The position numbers and the translations under genes are program-made. A stretch of 63,252 nt of DNA, filler included, from Folioceros fuciformis (taxonomy: Eukaryota): assembly GCA_049999805.1 (NCBI GenBank). It is 15 parts of 15 records of this genome, joined end to end, with 100 filler letters (N's around TTAATTAATTAA, not from the genome) between each part and the next. Parts side by side here need not be neighbours in the genome. Positions count along the whole stretch, not along the records: positions 49,314 to 53,626 come from JBNGIO010002230.1; positions 53,727 to 59,117 come from JBNGIO010002231.1; positions 59,218 to 61,604 come from JBNGIO010002232.1; 12 more parts are not named here. One strand, given 5' to 3'. Shown in pieces: positions 49,314-61,604 of this stretch. How positions within the stretch are numbered: position 1 is the first letter of the stretch; the number at the start of each line of letters is the position of its first letter. Under the pieces are notes generated by a model, which was not told the DNA's origin, did not search any database, and saw nothing but the letters and a program-made list of their open reading frames with translations.

Positions 49314-50040
49314 ACAGCGATGCCTTCTTCCTGCATGGCACTGTAGAGCTGAAGGGCCTCTTGGTCCTTGCCCTGTAAGGAATACCCTGCAGCTAGACCA
49401 GTCCACATCACCACGTCTTTCTAACCCATTTCAAAAAACAATCTGTGGGCATCCTCTAGGCTGCCACACGTCGCATACATGTTCACCAAGCTATTGGCTA
49501 CAGACACATTAGCCAGATGTCCTTGTGCTCTAATTAGCTCATGGAGCTGGCTCCCCGTCACCAGAGCAGGAAAGCTCACACTTGCACATGCCTGCAGGAG
49601 GCAGACATAAGTCATAGAGCTGGGTACAGCCAGGCCTCCTTCCAACATAGCATTGTAGACAAGAAATGCTTCCTGGCCCAAGCCCTGCTGGGAGTACCCG
49701 GATATCATGGTAGTCCACGTCACAACGTCCTTCTCAACGAGTCCGTCAAACACCCTTCTAGCCTCTCGCAGCCTGCCACACTTCCCATACACATCCACAG
49801 GCAATTAGAAACAAACAAATCCCGCCCAAACCCACTGGCCAATACTTCGGCATGCAGCTTCTGGACAGCCATCAAATCTTCCCCCTTTGCACACACTTGG
49901 AGGGCAGCCACGAAAACATGGCTATCGGGCTCCACACCCGACCTACGCATCCTACGATATAGCTCTACAGCCTGCCTGTGCAATCCCCGTTTCACATGCA
50001 CAGAAATTATGGAAGACCACATGAAGGCATCTAGATTGGA
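49314..50040 (-). pseudogene. PLS-class pentatricopeptide repeat gene fragment, disrupted
   Basis: VDVYGKCGRLREARRVFD..KDVVTWTTMISGY, NSLVNMYATCGSLEDAHRLF; frameshift at about 49800 and TAG at 49421. Confidence 0.9.
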
Positions 50041-50082
50041 AACTATTGGGATTTACATTTTGGTAATCATGCAGTTGAAGCA

Positions 50083-50284
50083 TGTTACAAATGTAGTTTT
50101 GGTAGTTAGCATTTCCAGTTAGAACGGTTACCACTCCTGTGCTATTTAAGAATCTGATGTTACCTTACTTGACAATCAATGACAAAATCTATTCCTCTGT
50201 AGATTTTGTGCTCCCTCTTGTCAACTCCTGAGATCCACAGATAGCAGAATGCAGCTATCGCTAATTGCATTATGGTATCAGAGC
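50083..50284 (+). mobile_element. Probable LTR and tRNA-iMet PBS (50273-50284)
   Basis: TGGTATCAGAGC preceded by ..TTGCA-TTA; LTR start approximate; no gag follows. Confidence 0.6.
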
Positions 50285-50674
50285 CCAGATTTGATTTTTG
50301 GATGTTGATCGCAGGAACGTGGTGCGGACAAGTGAGTGGCATCATTTGCGAGGGAAAATGACGAAGAGAAAAGGCGTGGTCTCATCCCCAAGACGCAATG
50401 CCAAGTCAATTCCTCGCCGCCCTCTCTTGTGCCCAATGATAACAACCTCGAGCTCCTAGGAGTAATTGTTGGAGCGACAAGAAGATTTCTCAAGGATCAG
50501 AAGGCTGCCACCATTGACACAAGCAAACCCCAAGAAGACAACTCAGCACAGCTTTGTCTTGAACTCACTGAAGGCTAAACCACTTGCAGCTCCCCCTTCT
50601 GCCAGGTTGTCCACGCAGGCTTACGAAAGTTGATTCACTATTCGTCACAAAACACTCACAATCCAAAAAACGGC

Positions 50675-51270
50675 CCAACAAGTTTTTCCTTGGGCCGGTT
50701 GTTGCGTGCTTGTGCTTGTTAGCGAGAACTTCCAGGGAGTCTTTCCCTGGAGTCTACACTCAAGCCAACAGTCACAAAGGTATTGCCACACACCTATAGC
50801 AGCACAACAACCATTTACAAGGGAAGCAACTTGCAAGGGTGCCCATGGAAGAATATAAGCCCTCTTCCAAGCACTTCGACCACTGTAACTCTAGCCACAA
50901 CCAGGCGCTAAGATGGCACACAGTCGGCAACGAGATTCCTACGCTCTGTTGAGCATGAGAACTCGCCATGAGAAGAGTGCAGAATGTGGTGCTTATAGGA
51001 GAGATCAACACATGAACCCTCTCCTACATGTAGGTGATGGGCTACCCTTCTCTCACACTAGGCACCACCAAACTTTAACTGCGCACACCTACGAAGAAGC
51101 TAAGTCCTACCAATAATTGCTAGGGCAGTGCTCGCCGCTGAAGATTAGGACTATCGGCGCTGCCATAGAAGATTCGTTGACCCTCTCTCAAAAAAGGTGT
51201 GGCTAGGACTGCTCCTGAAGCTAGGGAGAGTCTGAAGGTTGAGCTATTGGACCTCCCTCTGTTATTGGGA
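50675..51270. repeat. Second copy of the unclassified dispersed element
   Basis: Aligns to 42805-43413. Confidence 0.85.
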
Positions 51271-52783
51271 TTTGTCTTCTTTTGGATCCACGAACTTCCA
51301 CCGTACCTTCCTCTGTGTGGATCTCTTAGGATATCCCTTCACCACCACCTATAGGTTTGGTAGGTAAGGGATCCACTTGTTCTTCAACTTGAGGTTCCTT
51401 CCCTATGTAGGGTGAGGATGTCCCCTTCGTAGGTAGGTTCCCTACTATTCCCACCCATTGTCGTAGGTAGGTTCCCTACCATTCCCACCCATTGTCGTAG
51501 GTAGACAGCCTACCCCATTGCCGTAGGTGGGGTGTCTACCGTATAAGTACCTTCCCTACCTACGTAGGTACCCTCTCTACGTATGTAGGTAGACATCCTA
51601 CTATGTAGATATCTTCTTATTCTAACCTACCAGAATAGAACTAAAAAACTCCATAAAAACCTTCACTAGCCACTCACTACCTAGCATGGGCACTTGCCCA
51701 GAAACCTACCTTCCACGTGCCTCCCTTCGAACCATTCTGAAAAAAAAGAAACCAAGTTAGACTTTCCTAGACTAATTACCAAACTTTTCCGTTCCACACG
51801 TAGCCAAGCGGACTAGCTCCATGTGGTCCGCATCTTCCCAAGTCTTTGGTGCCGGCCATGTGGCTAGTGCAGGAGGCAGGAAATCTTCTGGCTTCGGGCT
51901 GGTGGGTGGCGGAGCACCCCGGATTGGAATCTTCCTTCCTGCTGTCGACATGGCCTGGATGTTCCTCCACTTGGGGGAGGAGTAGAGGGTGCCACTGCTT
52001 TTTGCTTCGGAGGCTGGTTGGTGGGGGGAGTTGGGTGCTGAAGCCATCGAAGGTGAGATCGGCACGGCTCCGTGACTGTCCTCAGAGGGCTTTGAGACGG
52101 GTAAGGCACAAGATGTCTTGTGCACAAGGCTAATGTGCCTATATGTGTGGCCTAGGACCATAAGGGCATTGGCCTATGAATTAAGGCCATAGGTAGGGAG
52201 CTAAGGAGGCACCCTATAAATTTAGGTAGATAGCTACAGAGCCATGCCCAAGATTTTTTTGAGTTTATCAATGGCTTGCAAGTGCTGCAGGAAGGGGGTT
52301 GGTCTTCCTCCTTTTTGTGTGGGGGTTTTCTTTAAACAACATATGTTTATTTCCTTGTAGAGGATGTTAACCAATGTAGCATGCAAGATGATAGCAAAGG
52401 CCAAGGAGGTGGCATTTTCAACACCAATTAAAAGGTAGGGCTGTTCTTTTCCCATGCCATGATATTTCTTGAGTAGTAGGTAGTTACAAAACATGTGACT
52501 TTGGGGCTAGTTCCTCTTTGCTATGTAACCTTTAGCAAGTAGTTGTTCTTCAACTCTAGGTAAATGGAGTTTTTGATCTTATTTTTACATAAATTCTTCA
52601 TTTTCTTTGTTGTCTAACTTATTACTTGCACCTTTGTATTCAATTTGCATTTTTGAAGAGTTGGATTATTGTTTGAGATAAACACTCAAGTAATTCAAGG
52701 AAAATATCTAGCATTCTTAAGAGGCAACTAGTGGGCTATGTATACAACCATCTTATTTGTAACCTTACAAAGTGGGCTTGCAG

Positions 52784-52994
52784 CACTTCAAACAAAAAAT
52801 TTCAGTGGCGCTGAGCTAGAAGGTCTTGTAAAGAGTGCAGTCTCATTTGCACTTCATCGTCAAATCAATGTAGACGATCTTTCCAAGCCCTTAAATGATG
52901 AAAATATTAAGGTTACTATGGAAGATTTTCTTTGCGCTCTTCAAGAAGTGAAGCCTGCATTTGGTGCATCTCTAAATAGCCTTGAAATGTGCAG
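52784..52994 (+). CDS. NSF: Vesicle-fusing ATPase (NSF) internal exon
   Basis: [52 protein letters not shown], bounded by TGCAG and GT. Confidence 0.88.
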
Positions 52995-53726
52995 GTTTGG
53001 TACCTTTTTCCATAACACCTTAATTCTTAATATAAAATGATGCACATGAATTTCTCAACAAATATATTTCGTATGCACTCAAATCTATGCTTTAAGTCTA
53101 CTAGTATATCTCAAATAGACCAAAGAATTTATATTTGAATGAACTAAACAAAGTACTGATCATTAAAAAATTATTTTATAACAAATAAGAGAAAAATAAA
53201 CTAATAATTATAAGGAGTGAAAAGGAGAGAAAATTAATAAGAAAATTAAAAAAAAATGTATGAATGGGTGAGGGAAAAAGTAGAAAAAAGGCCAAGAAAA
53301 CAGGATGAAAATTTTAAGGAGGAAAAATTAAGATTAAAAAGTGAGAAAAAAGAATAGTGATTGCACACTTGCATTCACCACTTAGTAGCATTTTGCAATT
53401 TGTTTTCAGATTTTTTTTTTCGATTTTGATCTTAGGAGTGACGAATTTTAGAACAATTTTCAACATGTGAATATGGCCAAAACTATAAATCCAAAGGGGA
53501 AATATCTCCTCGATGTCTATGAAGGAAATTGTTACTGAAACTTAATTGGTGCACATCAAACTTTGAGGTGGGATTTTGAGAATATATTGGGTTTGAAAGA
53601 GTAAGGAGTGCTCTTCCAGATGGACCNNNNNNNNNNNNNNNNNNNNNNNNNNNNNNNNNNNNNNNNNNNNTTAATTAATTAANNNNNNNNNNNNNNNNNN
53701 NNNNNNNNNNNNNNNNNNNNNNNNNN

Positions 53727-56700
53727 CCTGGCGCTCCTCATCTGTCTGTGGACACTGATCATGAGAAAGCTTCAATCCTGCAACTCCAGGAGTAGACACG
53801 GGTTTAGCAGTGTCCAGGTGAAAACGGTGCAGGGTTTCAGCAATATATTTAGCTTGATGAAGCATAAGGGAGCCAGCTTCTAGATCACGAACAAGTTGGA
53901 CACCGAGGACAAAGGTAAGAGCTCCAATGTCTTTCATGTCAAACTTCTGATGGAGCATGTCTTTGACCCAAGATAACAAGCCTGGATCGTTGGATGCGAG
54001 AATGGCATCGTCGACATACAAAGCGAGAACCACGAGAGTACCATCCTTGTTGTAAAAATACACGTTGGCATCACCAGGGTTTTGAATGAAGCCGATGGAT
54101 TTAAGGTACTTGTCAATTGTTTTGTACCACTCCCGTGCTGATTGTTTTAACCCATAAATGGTCTTCTTAAGATGGCAGACCCAATCTGGATGCTCGGGGT
54201 CCACAAAACCCTCAGGCTGCGACATATAGATGTCCTCTTCCAGCTCACCGTAGAGGAAAGCTGTGCAGACATCCATCTGCTGGAGGTCCCAAGCGTTGGC
54301 TGCAGCTAGAGCAAGTATCATACGAATAGACTGGGTCTTTACCACAGGACTGAAAGTCTCTGTGAAGTCAATACCTGGAATCTGGGTGAAACCCCTAGCC
54401 ACAAGCCGAGACTTATATCGAGCAATCTCACCCTGGGCATTCAATTTGTGCTTGAAGACCCACTTGCAGCTGACAACTTTCCGACCTTTAGGTAAGGGGC
54501 ACAATTCCCATGTATCGTTCTTTATCAAGGAGTCATACTCATCCTTGATCGAGGGGATCCAGTGTGCCTTGTCAGCACCCGTGATTGCCTCCCGATATGA
54601 CTTAGGTTCAGGCTTGATGAAGAGTGGATTGCTCACAGAAGACTTGGATTTTGGCAGGGTTACTCCAGCTCTAGGGCGTCGAAAGTCAATAGAAGCATAT
54701 GGGGGTTCTGTCCACTGGGCGGGAGGATTCCTGGTGCGCTGAGGATAGCGACGTTCTTCAGGCTGTACAGCTAGAGGAACTTCAGCCACATCGTCATCAT
54801 CAGTAACGGGACCAGGTAAATTGTCATTCAAATCAGAATCAGTAGAGTGGACAGAAATATCTTCTGCAGCGAGATCATTTTCAGCCTCATCCTCTGCTGC
54901 AGGCTGTTCCCTGACATCATTAGTATCAGAAGCCTGGTCTTCTTGAACCAAGTGAGCAGGCGGTGCTACATGAGCAGCTGGATCAGGAGCCTGAAAATCT
55001 GGTACAGCAGGGTCATTGGCCTGTGGATGTGCAGGACCCGCTCCAGGGTGTTGCACGGCTGCAGGAACCTCAATGAGCACAACTCCAGGTGTGTCGTCTT
55101 GTGGAAATTCGGATGAATCTTCCATGTTTGTCAAGTCCACATGAGTGACTCTTTCACTGTTGTCTGACAGGTGATCAAAATATGGCTTGGCAGGACACAC
55201 AAGTTCTTTGAAGGTCACGCTTCTGGCAAAGACTGCTGTCGAAGTAAGTGGATCAAGCAACTTATAAGCTTTAGCCTCTTCCCCATAACCCACAAAAACA
55301 AGTGGGCGTGCTCTATCTTCTAACTTTCGTCGCCGCTCTTCAGGGATATATGCATATGCTGGGGAGCCGAATACCCGCAGATGCAGCAGGCTCGGCTTTC
55401 TTCGCCATATTACCTCAAACGGAGTTTGTCCATCCACAGCGCTTGTAAGAAGCCTGTTAAGGAGATAAGTTGCTGTAACCACTGCCTCTGCCCAGTATGC
55501 TTTGCTTAAACCTGCCCATTCTAACATGCTTCTTGTCATTCCTAGCAGAGTCTGGTTACGACGTTCAGCAACGCCGTTCTGTTGCTGAGTATACGGTACA
55601 ATCAACTGTCGTACAACTCCCTTTTCCAGCAGGAACTGGTTGAAGTGGGCATGGGTAAATTCTCCCCCGTTGTCAGTACGAAGCTGTTGTAGCAAGCATC
55701 CAGTCTGCCTCTCCGCCATCACCAACCATTCCTGAAAGATCTCAAACGTATCGGACTTCAACCGGAGAGGGTATGTCCAAGAGTATCTACTAAAGTCGTT
55801 AGTAATGGTAAGGTAATATAGGGCACCACCTAAAGAGGGGACATGAATCTTGCCTGAAATGTCCGCATGTACTAACTCTAGTACCTGTGATGCACGATGA
55901 GCCACTGATTTAGGAAAAGGAATTTCCTTTTGCTTGGCTATGACGCAGGCATCACAAAGAGGTAGGTCTTTAAAACATTTTGGCAAGGGCTCTCTATAGC
56001 AGTTCAAGTTCGACATTTTTATCAACTTGTCTCTATTAGCATGACCTAGTCTAGCATGCCATAAACTGGCTTGGGCAGACTGTGATAAGTGAGCGGCATG
56101 CACAGACTCAGGGGGAATGCATGTGAGATCAAGCTGGTACAAGTCATGAAAAAGATGTCCTTTACCTACGACCTGTCCATCCCCCCCTCGCTTCTTAAGT
56201 TCACAACTATGAGAAGTGAAGAGGAGGTCGTACTCTCTAGAAGACATTAATTGACTAACTGAAAGGAGGTGCTTGGCCATGAGGGGAACATGCAGGACGT
56301 TGTCAAGATGGAGGATGGACCCATCGTGCAACCGGAAACGACATGTGCCTGACCCAGCAATGTGCAGACCTGTACGGGTAAGTTCATCTCCCAGCAAAAC
56401 CTTATCAGACGTATGAGAAGGTCGATAGTGACTTAGCAAACTTCTGTCGTTACAGATATGGGAGGTTGCCCCAGAATCTAAGTACCAACTATGAGGGGAA
56501 GGAGGACCTGCAGACGATGCAAAACAAACGGTCATGACGACAGGAGGTTTGTTAGCAGTTGATGAAGGCTTAGCGACAGTGTGGGCCTCAGCCTGCTTAG
56601 GCTTCTCGACCTTACGAGCTTCGCCAGCTTTCTTTTTTCTGCAGTTCCTCTCCCAGTGGCCCTGGATGCCACACCAATTGCAGGATCCAGGCCGCTTGCT

Positions 56701-57558
56701 GGAAGAAGGTCCAGAAGGTGAGTCACCAGGAGTGGGTCTACCCTTCTGTCCTTTATGCTGCTTCTGTCCTTTAGTATAAAGAACCTTGTCTGTTTTTGTT
56801 TTTCCACCCTGTGGTGTATAATGAAGTCTGCTTTGCTCCTCTTGCAGGAGAGCACCGATCACGTCCATAAGGCTGATTTGTGGTGCTTTGCCAGCAGCTA
56901 CAGCTTTGTCTGCCGCGCGAATGGAAGCACCAAAGCCGGAAACAAAGGTCTGGTAGCTGGGTGGTAGGCAAGTGAGGAGTTGAGCGACTGCATCCAACTC
57001 CGGAAACTGAGATCCTAGGTTCAGAAGCTGGGCCCTTAGTTGGCGAAACTTCAAGACGAAAGGTCCCACCTTCTCGCCTTCTCTAAGTCTCATTGAAAAC
57101 AGCTCTCCACGGATTGCACACTGTGTAAGTATGTTCTTTGCCTCGTACGTTTGCAGCAATTGTGTCCAGATTTCGTTGGAGTCTGGTAGGTAAGCCACAT
57201 CGGGCAAAAGGACTTCATCAAGACCACTAATCAAGACCGCACGAGCAACGTGGTTCAGGTTGTCCCACTTCTCTATCTCATCCACTGGAGCTCCTGCAGC
57301 TGGTTTAGGGAGTGTGCCACTAACCACATTCCACACGTGCCGAGCTTGCAGGGCAGCGGTCATTCGCACACGCCATCCATGGAACTTGGAGCCATTGAAA
57401 CGGTCCTTCTCTTTAAATTCCATGGAGAAGGATGGTGCAGGTATCACTGGCACTGGTGGAAGAGATGGAACTCCTCCACCGCCACCTCCAGCACCCCCTC
57501 CGCCTCCAGCTCCAGCACCCCCTCCTCCTCCACCTCCAGCGCCCCCTCCTGTAGCCAT
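53727..57558 (-). CDS. Copia gag-pol polyprotein (partial, more than 1270 aa)
   Basis: Poly-Gly N-terminus, FKEKDRFNG, CNWCGIQGHWERNC, WYLDSGAT, rve, YVDD; no stops. Confidence 0.97.
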
Positions 57559-57902
57559 TCTGACTTACTTTGATAAGATTATCAGGTGCTCACGGGTGAT
57601 CAAGCCGATTGCATAAGGTACTCTTCTCGAGGTAGGTCGAGATGCTGTAGGAGGCTGACAGATGAAGCGTAGGAGAGGGGCACCAAGGGTCGGTGAAGAG
57701 GCGCGAGCCGCGAGGTCAGATGTCACGGGACACCACAGTGGGCGTCGGTTGACGGTTAGAGTCTGGAGATGGCTGACGTGGTGTGTCTTCGAGTGGCTGG
57801 GTGCAGAGTCGCATCCTGTGAGTTCTTGCTGCGAGCAGGCACCTGTAGGTCGAGGCGCCTCCCGCCAGAAAAACACAGCGAGCACGAATCTGCAGATGCG
57901 CC

Positions 57903-58463
57903 CTACCGCGCTGAAGGCGACGCATGGAATCTGGGCTTCTCACGGACAGGGTCCAGCGCATGGAGCAGAGCTGCTGCAGCAGGATACGGGCTCGAGTCGT
58001 GCACTGATTTGCGTTGCAATTCAGTCATGAGATCAGTGAGTTTCCTGACATCCTCTATCAGCGTCGTCTGTTTGCGCAGGAGTAGATCCACCGCTGCCAA
58101 GGTCTCTTGATGGCGCGCAGTGTGAACTTCGCCCTGTCGTGAAAGCACAGTGAATAAGGCCGATTCTGTGGTGTTCAACCTGTCATTCAGCACTCGGTAA
58201 GCTCCGACTATCTCCGGCAGGTTGGTAGCCCGAGATCGGAATGTTTCCCGCAAGTCGTCCTCTTGTGAGTCTCGAGATTTCGGATGTCTTTCAATATGCA
58301 CCCTGTTTGGAGTTCGAGAGAAATGCAATGTGTAAGGGATATCTTCCTGGCCTGCGTGATAATCTCGTACAGTCCTGGAAGCCTGATCCTGACGCCTAAT
58401 TGTGGGTCGACTGCAGGGTAACAAAGGTGTATGCTCGACGAGAGAAAGCCCCCGTCGAGTCAT
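57903..58463 (-). CDS. ORF0: intact 186-aa extra ORF upstream of gag, coiled-coil-like C-terminal half
   Basis: ATG start MTRRG; YRVLNDRLNTTESALFTVL and LAAVDLLLRKQTTLIEDVRKLTDLMTELQRK heptads; lies between PBS and gag. Confidence 0.7.
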   Translation of the reverse strand: MTRRGLSLVEHTPLLPCSRPTIRRQDQASRTVRDYHAGQEDIPYTLHFSRTPNRVHIERHPKSRDSQEDDLRETFRSRATNLPEIVGAYRVLNDRLNTTESALFTVLSRQGEVHTARHQETLAAVDLLLRKQTTLIEDVRKLTDLMTELQRKSVHDSSPYPAAAALLHALDPVREKPRFHASPSAR

Positions 58464-58747
58464 TTTATGATTAGAGTAGCATGATCTGCTGCGTTACGAC
58501 AGACAGATCCACACAGCAGAAGTCTCTTGTTTACTGTCATGCAGATTCTAAAACATATTACATTGCTAACGTGGTAATGTAGGTAGTGAGAAGGAATTTT
58601 AGACACACGATCCTAGAATCACAATTTCTGTGACTCATGGATTTTGTGTCCTATAATCCCCTTTTGCTACATGCACCTACCATAGCCGAGTATATTAATA
58701 CAGACAGTAAATCAGATCGTGTATCAAAGCCTAGTGCTCTGATACCA

Positions 58748-58946
58748 TGTTTCTAAATCAGATGTACTCATGCACGCAGGTGCTTGAAACAAAGTGAGTT
58801 ATGTTGTCATGAACATACAAAGTGTGTCTTATATATCAAAAACTGTCCAAGAGTCATGTCTATTCAAATTAACCTAGGTATAAATAACTATCAGCTAATA
58901 AGCTGCTACGTTTATACAAGAACCATAACGGGGTTCTCTTCTAACA
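58748..58946 (-). repeat. 5' LTR (199 bp)
   Basis: TGTT..AACA adjacent to the PBS. Confidence 0.85.
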
Positions 58947-59117
58947 GATGGTACGTAGACGGATTGTCCAGATCTCATACTCGCTCCCATTGAAGCGATC
59001 TCTATCCTTGAAGTCTACTTTGAAGTGTGTGACACTTGTGCGTACAGGTGCTTGTGGTTGCGGACCACCACCACCGCCACCACTCCCTCCTCCGCCTCCT
59101 CCCCCTCCACCGCCACC
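58947..59117 (-). pseudogene. N-terminus of a related copia gag, interrupted by the element above
   Basis: Minus strand reads poly-Gly-PQPQAPVRTSVTHFKVDFKDRDRFNGSEYEIWTIRLRTI. Confidence 0.85.
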
Positions 59118-59916
59118 NNNNNNNNNNNNNNNNNNNNNNNNNNNNNNNNNNNNNNNNNNNNTTAATTAATTAANNNNNNNNNNNNNNNNNNNNNNNNNNN
59201 NNNNNNNNNNNNNNNNNAGCGTGTTGCCGGTTGTGTAGTGTCTGGTAGGATCACAAGGTGTAATGACCAGGGTGAAGGGGCTTGCCCCTAGCTCTTGATT
59301 GTAAAGGGTGTATCTTTCTCTCGACCTGTCCACTCTTGTTCCTTGCTTGGTCAAGTGCTGTAGGCCGGCCATGTCTCATGGTGTCTGGTAAGGTTGTAGG
59401 GGGGAGACATCCAAGAGGGGAGTGTGTTCCCTTCTTCCTTTTGTTTGGGGTTAGTCTAGTGACTCTTGCCGGGTAGGAGGAGTCAGTAGGGAAGTGTACA
59501 AGGTAGTGGTGTCGTTGCTGGTTGCTGGTAGTTATTGGTGTTGGTGCTGGAGTGAGAGAGTGAGTGAAGTGTGTGAGGGAAGTCGCAGATCTGAGAGGTT
59601 AGAGTCGTTGTAGTGACTGGCGTGAGTTTGTCGGTTTGCGTAAGCATCAATTTGAGGATCATGCACCATCCCGACAAACTCACGCAGCATGATCCGACAA
59701 ACTCACGCGTAAGCATCAATTTGAGGATCAATGCTTGATCAGTTTGAGGATCATGCACCATTATTTTCCAGAAGAGAATTACACAAAAAGTACACAGTTG
59801 TTCTCCTAACCACCTTGTGGATTCCAAATATCGATAAGACTCAAGGTAGCGGGTCAGGTCCTAATGTCGTGTGGGCCTCTATAGGATCAGCCGGCAAATA
59901 CGGTAGGCGAGCTCTG

Positions 59917-61373
59917 CTATGTCTTCAACTGCACGTTGGAGCATATCCCAAAGCGCCGAAGAGCAAGGTTTAGGGTTTTGGGTTTAGGGATGGGGTCTTC
60001 GAACGCCGATTGATCCACAGAGGAAATGGGCTCAGTCTTCACTTGTGGAGAGAACGTGTCCTTCTGATGGCTAGCATATGCATAGACACCTCCAAGCGTC
60101 AAATCAGATGGAGGGTAAGCGGATCCAAGAGTGGCACCAGGAGTATCCCTGCACAAATCGCTTGGAGGGGGTGCCCCAAAAGATGAGGGGTCGCTTAAAA
60201 TGTCAATTGGGAGGGGGTAGGGTACCCCCTCGCCGAAGATGCACCCCATCGCGAAGACGGGTGCATTCCTGTCGGGGGCGTGCACCCCTCCATGCAAGGG
60301 GTGCGCCCGATCGCGAGGCGCCTCCTCGCGAGGAGCCCCCATGCGAGGCGCCCGGGGGTCATTGCGCCCTGCCTGATGCAGGCGCATGGGTGGCCCTATA
60401 GGGATTTGAGGGATTGTGGGCAGAAATCCACCTTTGAGGCCGATTGGAAGCCGTGGTGTCCCGATTTGGCTTCGAAATCAGCCTACACCAACGTGCTCTT
60501 CCACAATGCGCCGGATTGCGGCACTGCACTCCAACTCCGAAGCATCAATCTGATCCTCCTGCTTAGAATCTGATCCAAAAAAGCTTGGGTTTGCAAATTC
60601 GCAAGAGAGCTTCGATAGGGGCGATTGGATTGCAATCTTATGAGGTAAGGGCAATGATGCTGGGGGCGAATCCTCAATGGGCAGAGGCACTAGGCTAAGG
60701 GACGCCCCGGGGACCAGATCGTCCTCGGAGAATCCGTGGACGAAACACTCTTCTCTGAAGCCGGTGGCGGGGGTGCAAATGCACCAACGGGAAGGCCGCC
60801 ATGGCAGCGCTGTACACTGGCGTGTGGTCTGCGGCGGCAATGGCTCACGGCGTGTGGTTTGGGGCAGGCACGGCGGCGCTTAGGCCTCTAATTCCAAGAG
60901 AATTTAGTGCTTGCTCTTGGTGCCATCGCTCAGAAGTGCCTGCTCTTGGTGCCGTGATACGCTGTCTAACGGGAGAGGGGGAGGGGCCCGGCGCCTCTCC
61001 CCTCTTATTTCATTTATTTGCGTCAATACTGACTTTTTATATCTATAGGATTACAAGTATTATCATGCCAAGGACAGCGGGGCCTCATTAGCCATGTCGT
61101 TATCAAAACTCCATGGTTAAGCGCCCTTGGATGGGGAACCTGAGGATCAAACATATGTATATATATATATTTATACATCTAAACGATGCTATGATACCAT
61201 GTAAATTTTTCTATTAGTAGGAAGTCAGATTTTGTAGGTGTTCCTTTTATAGGTGCCCAGAGCACCTCTTTGGTAGGGGTGTGACCGTTCAGGGGTATTG
61301 TGGGATTAACCTAACTTGAACTGATTGCTAACTGGGGTTATGGGTTACTTAGCAGAAGAAACTATTTTTAACA
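59917..61373 (-). mobile_element. LTR element 5' end: LTR 61200-61373, PBS 61188-61199, Pro-rich leader ORF
   Basis: PBS TGGTATCATAGC; TG..CA LTR; ORFs 60478-60840 and 59917-60387 are in the same frame. Confidence 0.7.
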
Positions 61374-61482
61374 ACTTCCGCTTTGAAATGGACCTTCCTC
61401 TCACCATGAGGGCAGTGGAACCTTTCGAAGGTTCCATATTCTTTCTATTCACCTTCTCTTGTTAACATGCTACCTTCTACAT
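61374..61482 (-). pseudogene. Tnt1-like gag fragment between two inserted LTRs
   Basis: Reverse complement aligns to about 15262-15370. Confidence 0.85.
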
Positions 61483-61604
61483 TGTGAACCTCCAAAGTTT
61501 GGGGTAGTAGTTTGTTTTGGTTGAAAAAGGGTTAATAGTGGTATGGTTTGGTTTTCTTTTTCTATTTCTTTTCCCTAATTTTTTTTATTTTCTGATTATT
61601 TTTC
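61483..61604 (+). repeat. LTR-like repeat start (same family as 7253)
   Basis: TGTGAACCTCCAAAGTTTGGGGTAGTAG is identical to 7253. Confidence 0.8.

Larger units (their letters stand above)
53727..58946 (-). mobile_element. Young Ty1/copia element with intact ORF0 and intact gag-pol (3' end cut by contig end)
   Basis: LTR 58748-58946, PBS 58736-58747, uninterrupted polyprotein. Confidence 0.96.

Noticed and set aside
58948-59117. Extensin-like poly-Pro ORF on the + strand
   Set aside because: It is the antisense of a poly-Gly copia Gag N-terminus.
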